DNA of 64,000 nt from Paraphysomonas bandaiensis (Eukaryota; Protista; Chrysophyceae), in contig CBFFRP010000451.1 of the NCBI GenBank assembly GCA_965644295.1, positions 54,937-118,936 of the forward strand, written 5' to 3'. Both the position numbers and the translations under genes were made by a program. Of this stretch, positions 24,793-36,239 are shown piece after piece; position 1 is the stretch's first letter, and every line of letters begins with the position of its first letter. Under the pieces are notes generated by a model, which worked only from the letters and a program-made list of their open reading frames with translations, was not told the origin of the DNA and ran no database searches.

Positions 24793-25035
24793 CCGGATGG
24801 GTACCTAACTAATACTTGATTAAGTCCCATACGTTATTTGCTAGCTACCTACTGAACCCAACTAGCTACGTCATTATCACACGGTATTCAGCGCTGAATA
24901 TGCAGTGAGAACCCGGGTGGGGAACCGCTGAAGTAAAAGCAATGTGTACATAGGTAGAGGTACGCGGTCGCGGCACTCAGCAGCACCCACTAGAAAGCCG
25001 CACGCAGTGATTAGTTACGGTGTCAGTATGGGGCA
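24793..25035. mobile_element. TGCCCCAT-family element, copy lacking the left TIR but with an intact right TIR
   Basis: Near-identical to 20317-20520 (ACGTTATTTGCTAGCTACCTACTGAAC ... TTAGTTACGGTGTCAGTATGGGGCA). Confidence 0.8.
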
Positions 25036-25631
25036 GCAGGTAACATCCACCAACTGTGCACAGGACGATAGAGCCCCCCTAGAGTCCGTGGTTAAACGTA
25101 GCATTATAATTCAATGGTTACGAGTTACACCAACGCTACTTACACTAACCTTTCTTTGAGCTCTATACTCTCTATATTATTGACTATTAGTCATTTTAAC
25201 ACAATTAAGATCGTAAAGATAAGTTTACAGTAATCAAACTAGATAGACTCTTTTATTATATTGCATACACAATTGTGTGTTGTCATTTAAAACATGTCAA
25301 CATGATAATATATTTCGTTACGGCAACCACAGCTCAAATTCCGTATCTTGAATCGTCATGATCCAATATTTCAGTTTCACAGTTCACAGAATCATACGTA
25401 TTCCAATATATATTAGTTTAGTGTCCTTAAGTGCGTTTAAGAAACTTGAAGTAACTACTGAAACACTACATTGAGCCATCATTCTAATACCTGTTTCATA
25501 CATTATCGATACTTCTTATACTTGTTTACATATTAGAAAAATCCTCAACGTAATTATAGCTATTCTGCGATCATTTGTCACAGTGACAGCACTATATATG
25601 AACAAATATTACTTATATTTATGACTTAAGT

Positions 25632-27180
25632 TCAGGAGTTCTTCAATGTTGCAGCTGCAGTGGAAGGCCGAGCGGGAAGAATATTCGCATCCAGTTGCTT
25701 TATATTGGGTAAAACCTCCAATACTTTACTCGCATATTCTTTTTGAGGTATTCCGGAGTATATCGGGCAATGCTCAAGGTATACACACTCTAGCAGCGGC
25801 AGTGCAGTGAGCGGGCGAAGAGTCTCAAAGGAATCGATCATGTTACTGGATATCCATAGACTCTCCAACGAGGTAAGAGACTGTATACCTTCTAGGCTTG
25901 AAATGCGATTAGAAGTCAAGTCCACGGTGTTGAGCTTTCCTGAAGCTTGCAAAGGAAGCAGTCCGTCAATTGAAGTGATCTGGTTGGTTGCCAAGTATAG
26001 CTCTTCCAAAGACGTTAAGCCCTCTAGCCCCCCGCATGAGGTCAGTCGGTTACACTGTACATCCAGCTGTTTGAGTCCACCGAGCGACTCTATATCCTGA
26101 ATGGCTTCAATCTTGTTCTTACCCAGCCACAGCGATTTCAGACTCTCCAACCCATTCAGCTCTTCCATGACCTATGATATAACACTATTAGCTTTATATT
26201 ATCGCTCTTGCTACATCGTACCCGGATTCTATTAGCCCCAAGATCCAGAATTCGGAGATGTTTCATATTACGTATTCCACGAATACAACGAAGTTTATTC
26301 TGGGCAAGATAGAGTTCCTCCAAAAGTGGGCACGCTTCAACAGGTTGCTACGTGATATACGCACACATCATACGTGACATTGTTATACATCACATACGCA
26401 CCATGTCTCTGATAGAATTGAAACTCATGTCCAAGATCTTCAAGTTGCTTAAATTCTCCAGTCCAATCAGTCGCTGAACATAATTGTCATACAGCTCCAG
26501 TTTATGTAACGACAGTAAATTTTCCACGCCATCCATTTGCCCAATCAGACACGACCTAAGAATCAGTTCCTAAATGCATATATATTAGACACCACTATTG
26601 CGAGAGGTGCATCTCCTATAGCTATACGTGTATCTCTACGGACTATACGAGAATCTCCTATAGCTATACGTGTATCTCTATGGACTATATGAGAATCTCC
26701 TATAGCTATACGTGTATCTCTACGGACTATACGAGAATCTCCTATAGCTATACGTGTATCTCTACGGACTATACGAGAATCTCCTATAGCTATACGTGTA
26801 TCTCTATGGACTATATGAGAATCTCCTATAGCTATACGTGTATCTCTATGGACTATATGAGAATCTCCTATAGCTATACGTGTATCTCTACGGACTATAC
26901 GAGAATCTCCTATAGCTATACGTGTATCTCTATATTCATAGATGCATACCTTAAGACTCTTCATGCCTTCCAAGCCACTGATTTTAGTTACTTTCCCACC
27001 CCCTCTAGTGCCAACGATATAGATAGACTCCATATCGTCAGTGAGATCCATCACATCGCCAGGGCATATGATCCTATCGGCTGGTGGAGGAACCTCATCA
27101 TCTGAGTGATCACACTGACTGTGATCGTGATCATGAGAATGAGTGTGATCGTTATGGTTTTCTGGGACGAAAGATGACAT
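25632..27180 (-). CDS. PPP1R7: Sds22 / protein phosphatase 1 regulatory subunit 7-like LRR protein, multi-exon
   Basis: SDS22-type LRRs: LELYDN, LDMSFNSIR, LYLAQNKL, LDLGANRIR, LWLGKNKI, plus an LRR cap (YLEHCPI..Y...V...LP.IKQLD). The first intron is 26570-26949. Confidence 0.82.
26611..26931. repeat. 42-bp minisatellite (~7.6 copies) inside the first intron of Sds22
   Basis: The unit is ATCTCCTATAGCTATACGTGTATCTCTA(C/T)GGACTATA(C/T)GAGA. Two variants differ at two linked positions. Confidence 0.95.
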
Positions 27181-27250
27181 GGAGATAGGCTGGTTTATAT
27201 AAGAGGGCGATAAGAAGGAGATAAAGATAGAATAACAATATAGAATGCAC

Positions 27251-27463
27251 GTATGTATGTATGTATGTATGTATGTATGTATGTATGTATGTATGTATGT
27301 ATGTATGTATGTATGTATGTATGTATGTATGTATGTATGTATGTATGTATGTATGTATGTATGTATGTATGTATGTATGTATGTATGTATGTATGTATGT
27401 ATGTATGTATGTATGTATGTATGTATGTATGTATGTATGTATGTATGTATGTATGTATGTATG
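27251..27463. repeat. (TATG)n microsatellite, ~53 units
   Basis: Perfect tetranucleotide run between two divergent genes. Confidence 0.98.
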
Positions 27464-27638
27464 AGTGTATGTATTTACGTGTCTGTTGGTATTGCATGCA
27501 TGGGTGTGTCTGTGTACTTGTATACTTGTATGTATAGTATGGTATGTACATGTATGTATGTATGTAGTGTTGTTATGTTGGTGTGGTATTCTATCTATGA
27601 GTGGGAAGTATCTTCACTCCATTACAATACTAAACCTC

Positions 27639-28364
27639 ATGAGTGAATCAGAAGTAACCCCAGATGCCATCCCTTCATCACGAAGGAAGACAATCGATCT
27701 CTCATGCGGTCTAGAGGAGATCGACAGCAGCGTGTGTACCATCAAGAGAGGTGCTGTTGATTTGGCTATAGGTCTAGACAGAGACATCAAAGGGCCGGAT
27801 GTATCTCGTGGTGTCCCTGCAGGGATAATGACACATGGATTAAAGCGTCAAGTGTCTGATGAGGACACTCATACAGGAGAAGATGTGCAGCTAACTGAAG
27901 CAGAGGTCATGTCACTACTGCAGCAGAGTGAGACGACTGCTGATAATAACAATCCATCTGCTTCTTCCGGTGAAGTCAAAGAGGCATGGGAGACTAAAGC
28001 TACTAACGAGCACATGTAAATGAGCTTACTTTGTGTTGGATGTTAGGATGATCATATTTTAATATGTGTCAGGGCCAGTGAGTCTGTTTCTGAGGTAGAC
28101 ACCAAGAATATGCTCGATATGTTGGGGTTTTCGGATCCATCTTGCGAAGAAACCACAGAGTCATGGGAAAATAAAGCAGCGACAGGTATGTAAAGTTTAT
28201 TGTATTTAAGTGAGTTTTTTCCGCACAGTGACTGTATTACAGCATCTGATAACAAGGAGGTTGAAGACACCTCGCAGTTGTTAGGCATGCTCGGGTTATC
28301 CGCCTCTGAATTAGAGAGTAACGACACTGCAGAGGCCTGGGAGAGAAAAAGCATATTGAAGTAG
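27639..28364 (+). CDS. Hypothetical acidic protein with three internal repeats ending (E)-[AS]-W-E-x-K, three exons
   Basis: The ATG is at 27639. Introns at ~28016-28072 and ~28186-28242 keep the frame. Repeats: EAWETKA, ESWENKA, EAWERKS. Stop is TAG at 28362-28364. Confidence 0.55.
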
Positions 28365-28599
28365 ATGTTGCCCAGTGTGTGGGAAATCTGTACTTTCCGA
28401 TACAGTCACTTCGTCTGAAACTTAATGTGTGCGTGAGCTCCAGCTCTGAATAATTGATAATGGTAATAATAATTTATAGTTATCGTCTCGGTGCTAACAC
28501 TTTCGTATTTTCTACTTCTACCCACACCTAGTGCGATGTACTCACACGCACCTGTTGGTGTAACTAGTCTTACATCTTACCTCTACAACTAAAGAACTG

Positions 28600-29240
28600 C
28601 AGGGCTGCGTATCAATTACTAGTCAATTATTGAAATAGCAATAATTGAAGTTGGGACATCAAATCATAATTGCAATTATAATTGACTTCACCTAGCTTCA
28701 ATTAATTGATCAAAAAATACCACCTTTTTTTCACACCGAATGTTGTTAAAAAACGGCAGTTTTTATTGCGAAAATCCAATTTTTATGATAAAAATCGAAG
28801 AGTGTGAAAGACTATAATACTCATAGGATCATCTTACATAATAATTATTCACTTAATTAATTGGCGATATGAGCGATAAACTGAAACCGGCAAACTCGTT
28901 GCTACAGCATGAAGCACTTGCATGCCACAACGAATATGGTTGAAAGTTGAAAGGCTGTTCAGTTGAGCTAAGATTGTTGTGACTGATTTGCATTATGAAA
29001 ATCTTGTTATTAGCAGTAGGCCTCAAGAACCAACACCAGTTAAGAAACTTCGCCTTTGGAATGAAATGAGAGTTGAAGTAGCTATAATGGCAGGTAATGT
29101 AGTTTAGCACGTTTAGTACTAAATAATTGTAATTAAAAGCAATAATTGAAATTGAGACAGCAAGTAATAATTGAAATTATAAGTGACTACAACCTGCGTC
29201 AATTCATTGACAATTAATAATTAATTGATACGCAGCCCTG
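28600..29240. mobile_element. Non-autonomous hAT element (641 bp) with 8-bp TSD
   Basis: Perfect 19-bp TIR CAGGGCTGCGTATCAATTA / TAATTGATACGCAGCCCTG. The TSD AAGAACTG is identical at 28592-28599 and 29241-29248. CAATT/AATTG-rich subterminal repeats are present. Confidence 0.93.
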
Positions 29241-29670
29241 AAGAACTGACACTGAACGATAAAGGATAAAGTACTAGAAACTTTACTATTGGTAACTATG
29301 GTGTGCCAGGAATGATCTACAATAGACAATAGAGTACCTTAGTGCTGTGACCTCATTTTTCTGTAGCACGGGATTATAACCAGAATTGATATACTCAATT
29401 ACTAAGATTATAAGTATAATCATAAATATATTGAAAGGAACTCACGTCATATGCTAAACTAGTTACACTTCACGATACAAGTACTTCAGGATCAAATACA
29501 TGGAGTGTATGTAAATGTTTATAACGCCACAAGAAAAAAATGTAAAGGCACTACCCGGATTAGGTAATATAGAACAACAACTTGCAACCTATTTACGCAT
29601 CTTTAATACACTCCCAGTCAATACCATATTTCTATACATGAGGTCAATGTACACATGTGAGCCCGTTCGT

Positions 29671-32017
29671 CTATCTAATCTCCCCCCCGGAAGGAAACAA
29701 TACCCCCTTCCCACCCAGACCCTGACCGCCCAAAGGACCCTTCGATCCGGGAAATATGTTCCAAAACCTCAGAGTCTCGTCCCCCGCCCCAGTTACAATC
29801 GACTGTCCGTCGGGAGACATAGCCAGATACAAAACTCTGGACAAACAACACTCATTAACAAATAAACACAATATAATCAAGCACACACCTAAAAGTGTGT
29901 CCCGTAAGGGTTGCTATCTTCTGCATAGCGGGATACTTCCATACGGCAATCTGATTAAGACTGTATCCATGCGTCGACACTATTTCGTTCACATGAGTTG
30001 ACCACATAAGATTGCACACCTGAGATCCTGTGTCCACACTGTGTAAAGCTGTTCCCGTATGCGTGTTCCAAAATCGAATGTTTCTATCAGCTGTACCACC
30101 TCCTGATGCTAGGAGTCCACCCTGATGAGGACTCCACGCTATTGCCTTTACCGCTGCAGTGTGATCTGCGAATCTGTGTTCTGGCACAGCACCCCTTGAG
30201 CCTCCACGCCCAGGTGAGGCTCCAGTACCATCTCCAGTACCAGCCATACCCCATACAAACAGTTTATTGTCGTTCCCACCAGAAGCCAGCTGTCGCTCAT
30301 CGGGAGACCACTTGAGCCCACACACCTCCTGTTTATGTGCACTGAACTCCTTCACCAGACAAGATGCCCTGTTCGTCCCAGGAGTGGGGGACGCAGGCGG
30401 TGTTACGACGGCTTGATCGACCTCCATATCGATGGAGTTACCCTCTTCATCATCCATAACATCCATGTCAGCATTCATATTATTCATGTCATCTCCAAGG
30501 GCTGGGCTTAGGGGCGGGGACATACCCTCACCACTCTCTTCCCATCGGCTCACAAGAGTTTCGTCCACGTTGTCAGCACCAAGAACACTGCTGCCACCCA
30601 AACTCTCCCAAACTTCATCTTCATATGCCTCCCTACTCCCTCGTGCGGATGGAGGTCGGGGTGGCATGCCACCACGCATAGCGCTGGTTCCGGAACTAGC
30701 AGGACTATTCGAGATCTTCCTTCGTACTGGCCGATGTTCCTCCAATTCCCCATAAAGCTGTCCAGGAGACAGCCCCTGCAGTACACACTGAGGAGAGCTA
30801 TACACATGTGCCTGCAATTCAGCTCGGGAGGGTGGAGTGCGCGCAGAAAGTATGGAGCGCCGAGGAGGGGTCGGTGAGCACAACTGTGTAGGAGTGGCCT
30901 GCGCAAATTCTCCACGTATTCTGGTATCCTGAAGGTATATCATCCTGTCACGACTTCCAGATGCGAGAAGACCGGATTGTGGGCTCCAAGCAAGTGCTCC
31001 AACCCGCCCTGAGTGAGAGTACATGTCTCGCGTTTTTTTACAAGTTGACGCATCCCACACTTGCACACGGCCACTGTTAGTTCCCACAGAGAGGTGGGTT
31101 CCTACACAAAAAGAGATCAGCTCTATAAAACAAAATCTTTAAGAGATCACCTCCATTCATCCACGCAACTGAAGTAATAGTATCTGCATTTGGGGACTCA
31201 GAGAAGTCAGCTAATTTGGACACCTTGGACGTGTAGGCAGACCAGAGGTACACGCTACTTTCCAGGCCTACGGCAAGCACATTTCCGGCACTCCAATCCA
31301 CTAGATTCAGGTAGAAGTCATCTTGCAGCTTTGGAGCATCTAGTACTTTGTAGGGAACACGGGATATTTTTCTGCGGCCCTTACGACTTCCAGAGCCGCC
31401 AAGAGAACCTCCAGCCCCATCATATGAACCCGAGAGCCGGGCAGCTGGGGATGAAAGCGACAACGCAGGCATGGAGGTTGTACGAAAGGGAGAGCCGCCG
31501 CTAGTTCTGTAAACATCGTCCGCTGTGGATTTGTAACGTAAAACATTCGGACTAGATGAAGCATGAGAAGAGCTATTTCCCAAGTCTCCATTGCCTAGTG
31601 AAGGTGATGAGGGATGACCTAGAAGCTCAGACCGAAGGATGCGATTCATTGCGTTCTGGTTCTCACGAGTGGAGTATTCCCCTGTACTCCTATTAGTAGA
31701 CTCCGAGTCGTCATTCTTATCGCGCAGGAGATCGAATGCATTGTCTAGTTGTGAGCTGAGTCGACTAGGAATAAATCTATCGCTATATACTACTGGCTTA
31801 CGGGGCGGAGAAGAGAACCGCCGAGGAGGTGAACTCAGAGAGGATGCTGGAGATGATATGTTGGATCGTCGAGTAGGCGAACTCGCCCTTCTCTACATAG
31901 TACACCACAGAGTTACATGGTTCTCTATATAGTTACAGTCATGTATGTATGTATGTATGTATGTATGTATGTATAGTCATGTGTGTGTGTCACCTTCTCT
32001 CCTGAGTCACTGAACAT
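29671..32017 (-). CDS. FZR1: APC/C activator Cdh1/Fizzy-related (WD40), multi-exon
   Basis: It has the C-box [62 protein letters not shown] and the C-terminal IR tail (GGEIR*). A short first exon MFSDSGEK starts at 32017. Confidence 0.92.
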
Positions 32018-32675
32018 TTACTCGTATGCCTACACCTGCTTTGACAGCTGCGTTAATATCAATGAGGTTATGGAATGGGGATATATATGAGCCCAGAGAT
32101 AACCACTCGACTGACTGCTGTGTGCTGTGTGTATATGTATAGCCAAATGTGTCGATAGAGTAGATAGGTACAGGTACACTGGTACAGTTCCAGTGTATGT
32201 GTGTAAGTTGTATTGGACTGTATGTGCTGCAGTACATGGATGTGAGTGTACAGGTACATCTGTTCTATATGACATATGACATCATTTGAAAATTCGAATA
32301 TGGGATACGTGGCGTACTTCTCTGCGTGGTTAACATCGTCTCTGCATAAAACCAGTCTGTAGGTGTACATGTACATGTACCTGTAGAGTGGTAGCCTGTA
32401 GCCAACACAACAGTACATGTCCTTACAGCAGTACATGTCCTTAAAACATACAGCAGTAGGAATCCATACATGACTATGTTGTACTCTATACTCCTGGACA
32501 TGTACTGCTGTACCAACATGACCATACACATATACACATATACATGCATCAGTACATCTTGTCCATATATATATACCTCTACACATCCACACATATATCT
32601 TCCATACATTCATTCACACCATATAACATGAATCATTAACCCCCTCCACCTCCCCTCCCCCACTATCTCTTCGAC

Positions 32676-35216
32676 ATGACGGACCCTCTCAAGTATGAAT
32701 CCCTCCTCCATAGTCATCAATACGGCACAGCAGTGATGATAATGTTTGATATGGTAGAGTCAGGCTACAGTCTCTCTCATATACAACACGATCTCGTATA
32801 TGCGATGAATCAATTCATAGATGAGTTGATTGCATCTGGTGGGGTCACTCAGGCGCAGTGGCTGTGGAGGAAGTGTGTGCAGATATGTAACGGGAGGAGT
32901 CCACTCGTTACTTATAACTACTTCAGGTGTGTATATACATACATATACACACATACCGTCATGTATATATACGCATAGGTATCTCATATCAAATAATGAC
33001 TTGTTTGGGGCTATGGAGGTTATTAAGAAATGTATTTCCCTCCAACCATCGTACACACTTGCCCTCGAAGGGTTAGAAAACCTGAAAGGCCTTGTGGTTG
33101 ATCAGTGGCACTTCAGAATGCTCAATGATGCACAACGAAATACTGCTTATGACAATGCGATTCGACGTGCTGTTTCACGCTCTCCAGATTGTGTTGTGCT
33201 GGACATAGGTGGTGGCACTGGATTGCTCTCAATGTTTGCTGCGAGAGCGGGAGCGAAGCATGTGTACTGTTGCGAGGTGTCCCCTCCCATGGCGGAGCTT
33301 GCTCGCCGTTGTATAGCCCTGAACGGTTATGCTGACCGGATAACGGTACTGGAGGCCCACTCCACTGACATACAGATAGGAACAACTAATGATGGAGGGA
33401 ATGCCCACCTACCAGATCGAGTGGATGTTGTGGTGACAGAGCTGGTAGATTCCGGTCTCTTAGGAGAACATATTGTAGCAGTTCTGAGAGATGCTCGTTC
33501 CCGTCTTTTGCGTCCCGGAGGGACTGTTATTCCTCACTCCGCCGACGTTTACGGAGTCGCTGTAAGTTCTGACGAGGTAGCAAGAAGACAGACGCCCGTA
33601 TCTCCCTCCCAGGGAGAATGGAATGTGGAAGCCCACAGACAGCTCATGGCAGGCCCTGGTCTCATTGTAGATGAAGAATACACTTGCGAATCGCTGGCCC
33701 GACTAGTCTGCCAAAAGCTGACACATAGTTTTTTAGTGTGTCGAGCAGAGCTGTGTGGTCCCGGTGGTTTGTGTGTAACACCATCGGTGCATTCTCCAAT
33801 CACTGCCATCAGTGATGGGACTGTAGATGCAGTTTGTCTGTGGTTCACCCTATACTTAGAAGATCCTTTGCACAACGCTTGTTTGGAGACGGTGAGTGTG
33901 AATACTTCCCCAGAGAGGGATGGATGCGGATGGGATCAAGCCGTTGTCTTCACACGACTACACTCCCAAGGAATACCTACTAGTATAAATATAGTGAATC
34001 CAGTGTACGTGCATGCAGGTGATGAGCTTCCGATTGGATTCTCTTTTACTGACGATCGTATCCACGTAACTGTCTCACCTCAAGACAGTTATCCGATTGA
34101 CTCATCTCGTAAGCTGCTGCACCTAGGGGAGATGGATCTTGCGGCTATCAATGATGAGGAAGTTACTGATAAATACTTATGTTCTTTACAAGCAGCGGTA
34201 TCGGCCTGCGGTGTTCGCACCCGGGTTCTTGAACTCTGTGGGGGATGGCGTTCGCATTGTCTTACCCTCGCAATTCAAGGAAATTATAATTTGGAAGGTC
34301 TAGTCGTATGCTCATGCGAGGAACAGTGCAACTACCTGTGCGAGGTTCGCAATACTTTCGGGGATGTTTCTGTCCACTGTGTTTCTGGGCCCTTGGTGGA
34401 TATGTATATGCAGCAGGAGGAGCAGCAGCCTCAATTCGATGTGATCGTATGTGATGTAGTTGAGGGATGTGGATTGATTAGGCAAGGCCTTATAGCTGAT
34501 GTATCCTTTGCTCTGAAATTCATGACATCCTGCCCATATTCCAGCGCACTAGAATCACAAAACCCCCAACCAACAGTTGTTCCATATTCTGTAACTGCAG
34601 TCGTTGCGTTATATCATGACCATAACCTGTGGAAGCAAAACCGTGTGTGTCATGAAAACACAGTGGGGGTGAGTCTGACCGTGTGTGTGCATCTTTTGTG
34701 CTGACATGATGTAGATTGATATAGGAAGCATTACTAATGCATTTGGGGCCGTATTGTTACGGGAGTTAGACTTGCGTGGAACATTGCCTTGTGGTGCCGA
34801 AAATACGGATGCGCCTAGAAAGTAGGCTATATCGTTCATTAATAAACTACTTTCTTATTTGTCCTGTTAGGTTTTTGAGCTGTGCCACTGATGCACTAAA
34901 CTTTACTCTCCTCAGTCTGGCTGCATCTGCTGATGATGGCAAGCACGGAGCATCATCTGTTGTGTCATCTCAAGTGGTCACAGTGAACTGCGAGTCGTCT
35001 GGGACGGTGCATGCAATTGCTCTTTGGTTTCGAATTTATATGACTTCCAAGAATGACATAATTATTGATACAGGACCTATGGGAAAGTCTCAGTTTTCTC
35101 ACTGGAGGCAAATTGCATTTCTGTTACATACGCCCTTAGATGTTAGACATGGTGATAAAGTGTCAGTAGAAGTTATCCTAGATGCGACGTGTGGAGTGTG
35201 GTGTAGAACTGTTTAG
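32676..35216 (+). CDS. PRMT9: Protein arginine N-methyltransferase, PRMT9-like (duplicated MTase module)
   Basis: Motifs WHFRMLND.QRN.AY, VLDIGGGTGLLSM, VVTELVDSGLLGE and CGWDQA are present. A second, degenerate module ends SHWRQ, and there is a helical N-terminal region. PRMT9 is favoured over PRMT7 by the WHF and xWxQA motifs. Confidence 0.75.
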
Positions 35217-36239
35217 TGCCCCATTACTTTATCAGTATATGATAGTGTATTATATCGTTAGCAACGTGATCACTGTAGAGTGCACAGCCCGAAGTTGTAA
35301 TATATGTATTTGCAAATAATACAGTGCGTTTCACAAAATCGATATATACTTTTTATTTGTCGTAAGTGTTGAATTTTGCTGTACTGTAAACTATTTGAAT
35401 TTAATACTGTGAAGCTGTTGGAATACGTATGTTTTTCTAAGATAGTACTGTGTACTGTAGAATGCGTTAAATACAATGACAGCTTTCTTAACATTAATGT
35501 CAACATTAATACGTTGTCAAAGATTTTATATAGCTATAACTGTGAAACTGAAGTATTGTATTATGACGATTCAAGATACGGAAGTTGAGCAGTGGTTGAC
35601 ATGAACGAGATATATTATCATATTGATATGCTTTATGCTTTACATGATAACACTCAATTGTGTATGCAATATAATAATAGAGTCTATCTAGTTTCATTAC
35701 AATAAGCTTCTCTTAACGATCTTAATTATGTGAAAATAATCAATAGTCAATAGAGACAGGCGAAATGTATTATTTTTTATAAAGTTGAACACTTATAAGC
35801 TGTAGCTGATAGTTGAAGGCTTTTAGTTTATAACTGCACTCCATGCAACATCACATACATATATGTACTGGTGAACATATAATAAACGATAAGCGGATAT
35901 TTATCAGTCGTTGCTTACATAGCACGATTATACAGGTGAAATGTCCTATTTCAACGGTGACTATAAGGTTGCAACTTGCAAAAGAAGTTATGTCAACTTA
36001 TTGAAATGAAAACGACAACAATATGTTTGTGCAAACATAATTCCTCGTAACTTAATACAATGTAGGCAGTGCTCACGTTCAAAACGATAGTTTTATGCGT
36101 TACGCCAAAACACTACACTCAGATGAGTTATCTAGCACAACACTATAGCCTAAAAAGCTACCACTAGAAAATATAACACACACCCAGAAAGATTGTTCTA
36201 CTAGCTACAATAGTTCATGTACAAGCACTCGCTCGGACA

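Noticed and set aside
26563-27105. RDTRIAIGDS / DYTRISYSYT repeat proteins, or a CRISPR-like array
   Set aside because: The 42-bp units are contiguous with no unique spacers and lie within a GT-AG intron of Sds22. No cas genes are present.
27195-27646. MYVC / YIHT repeat ORFs (also near 54.2, 17.5-18.5 and 32.0-32.6 kb)
   Set aside because: These are translations of (TATG)n and TACA-rich sequence, which is stop-free by composition.
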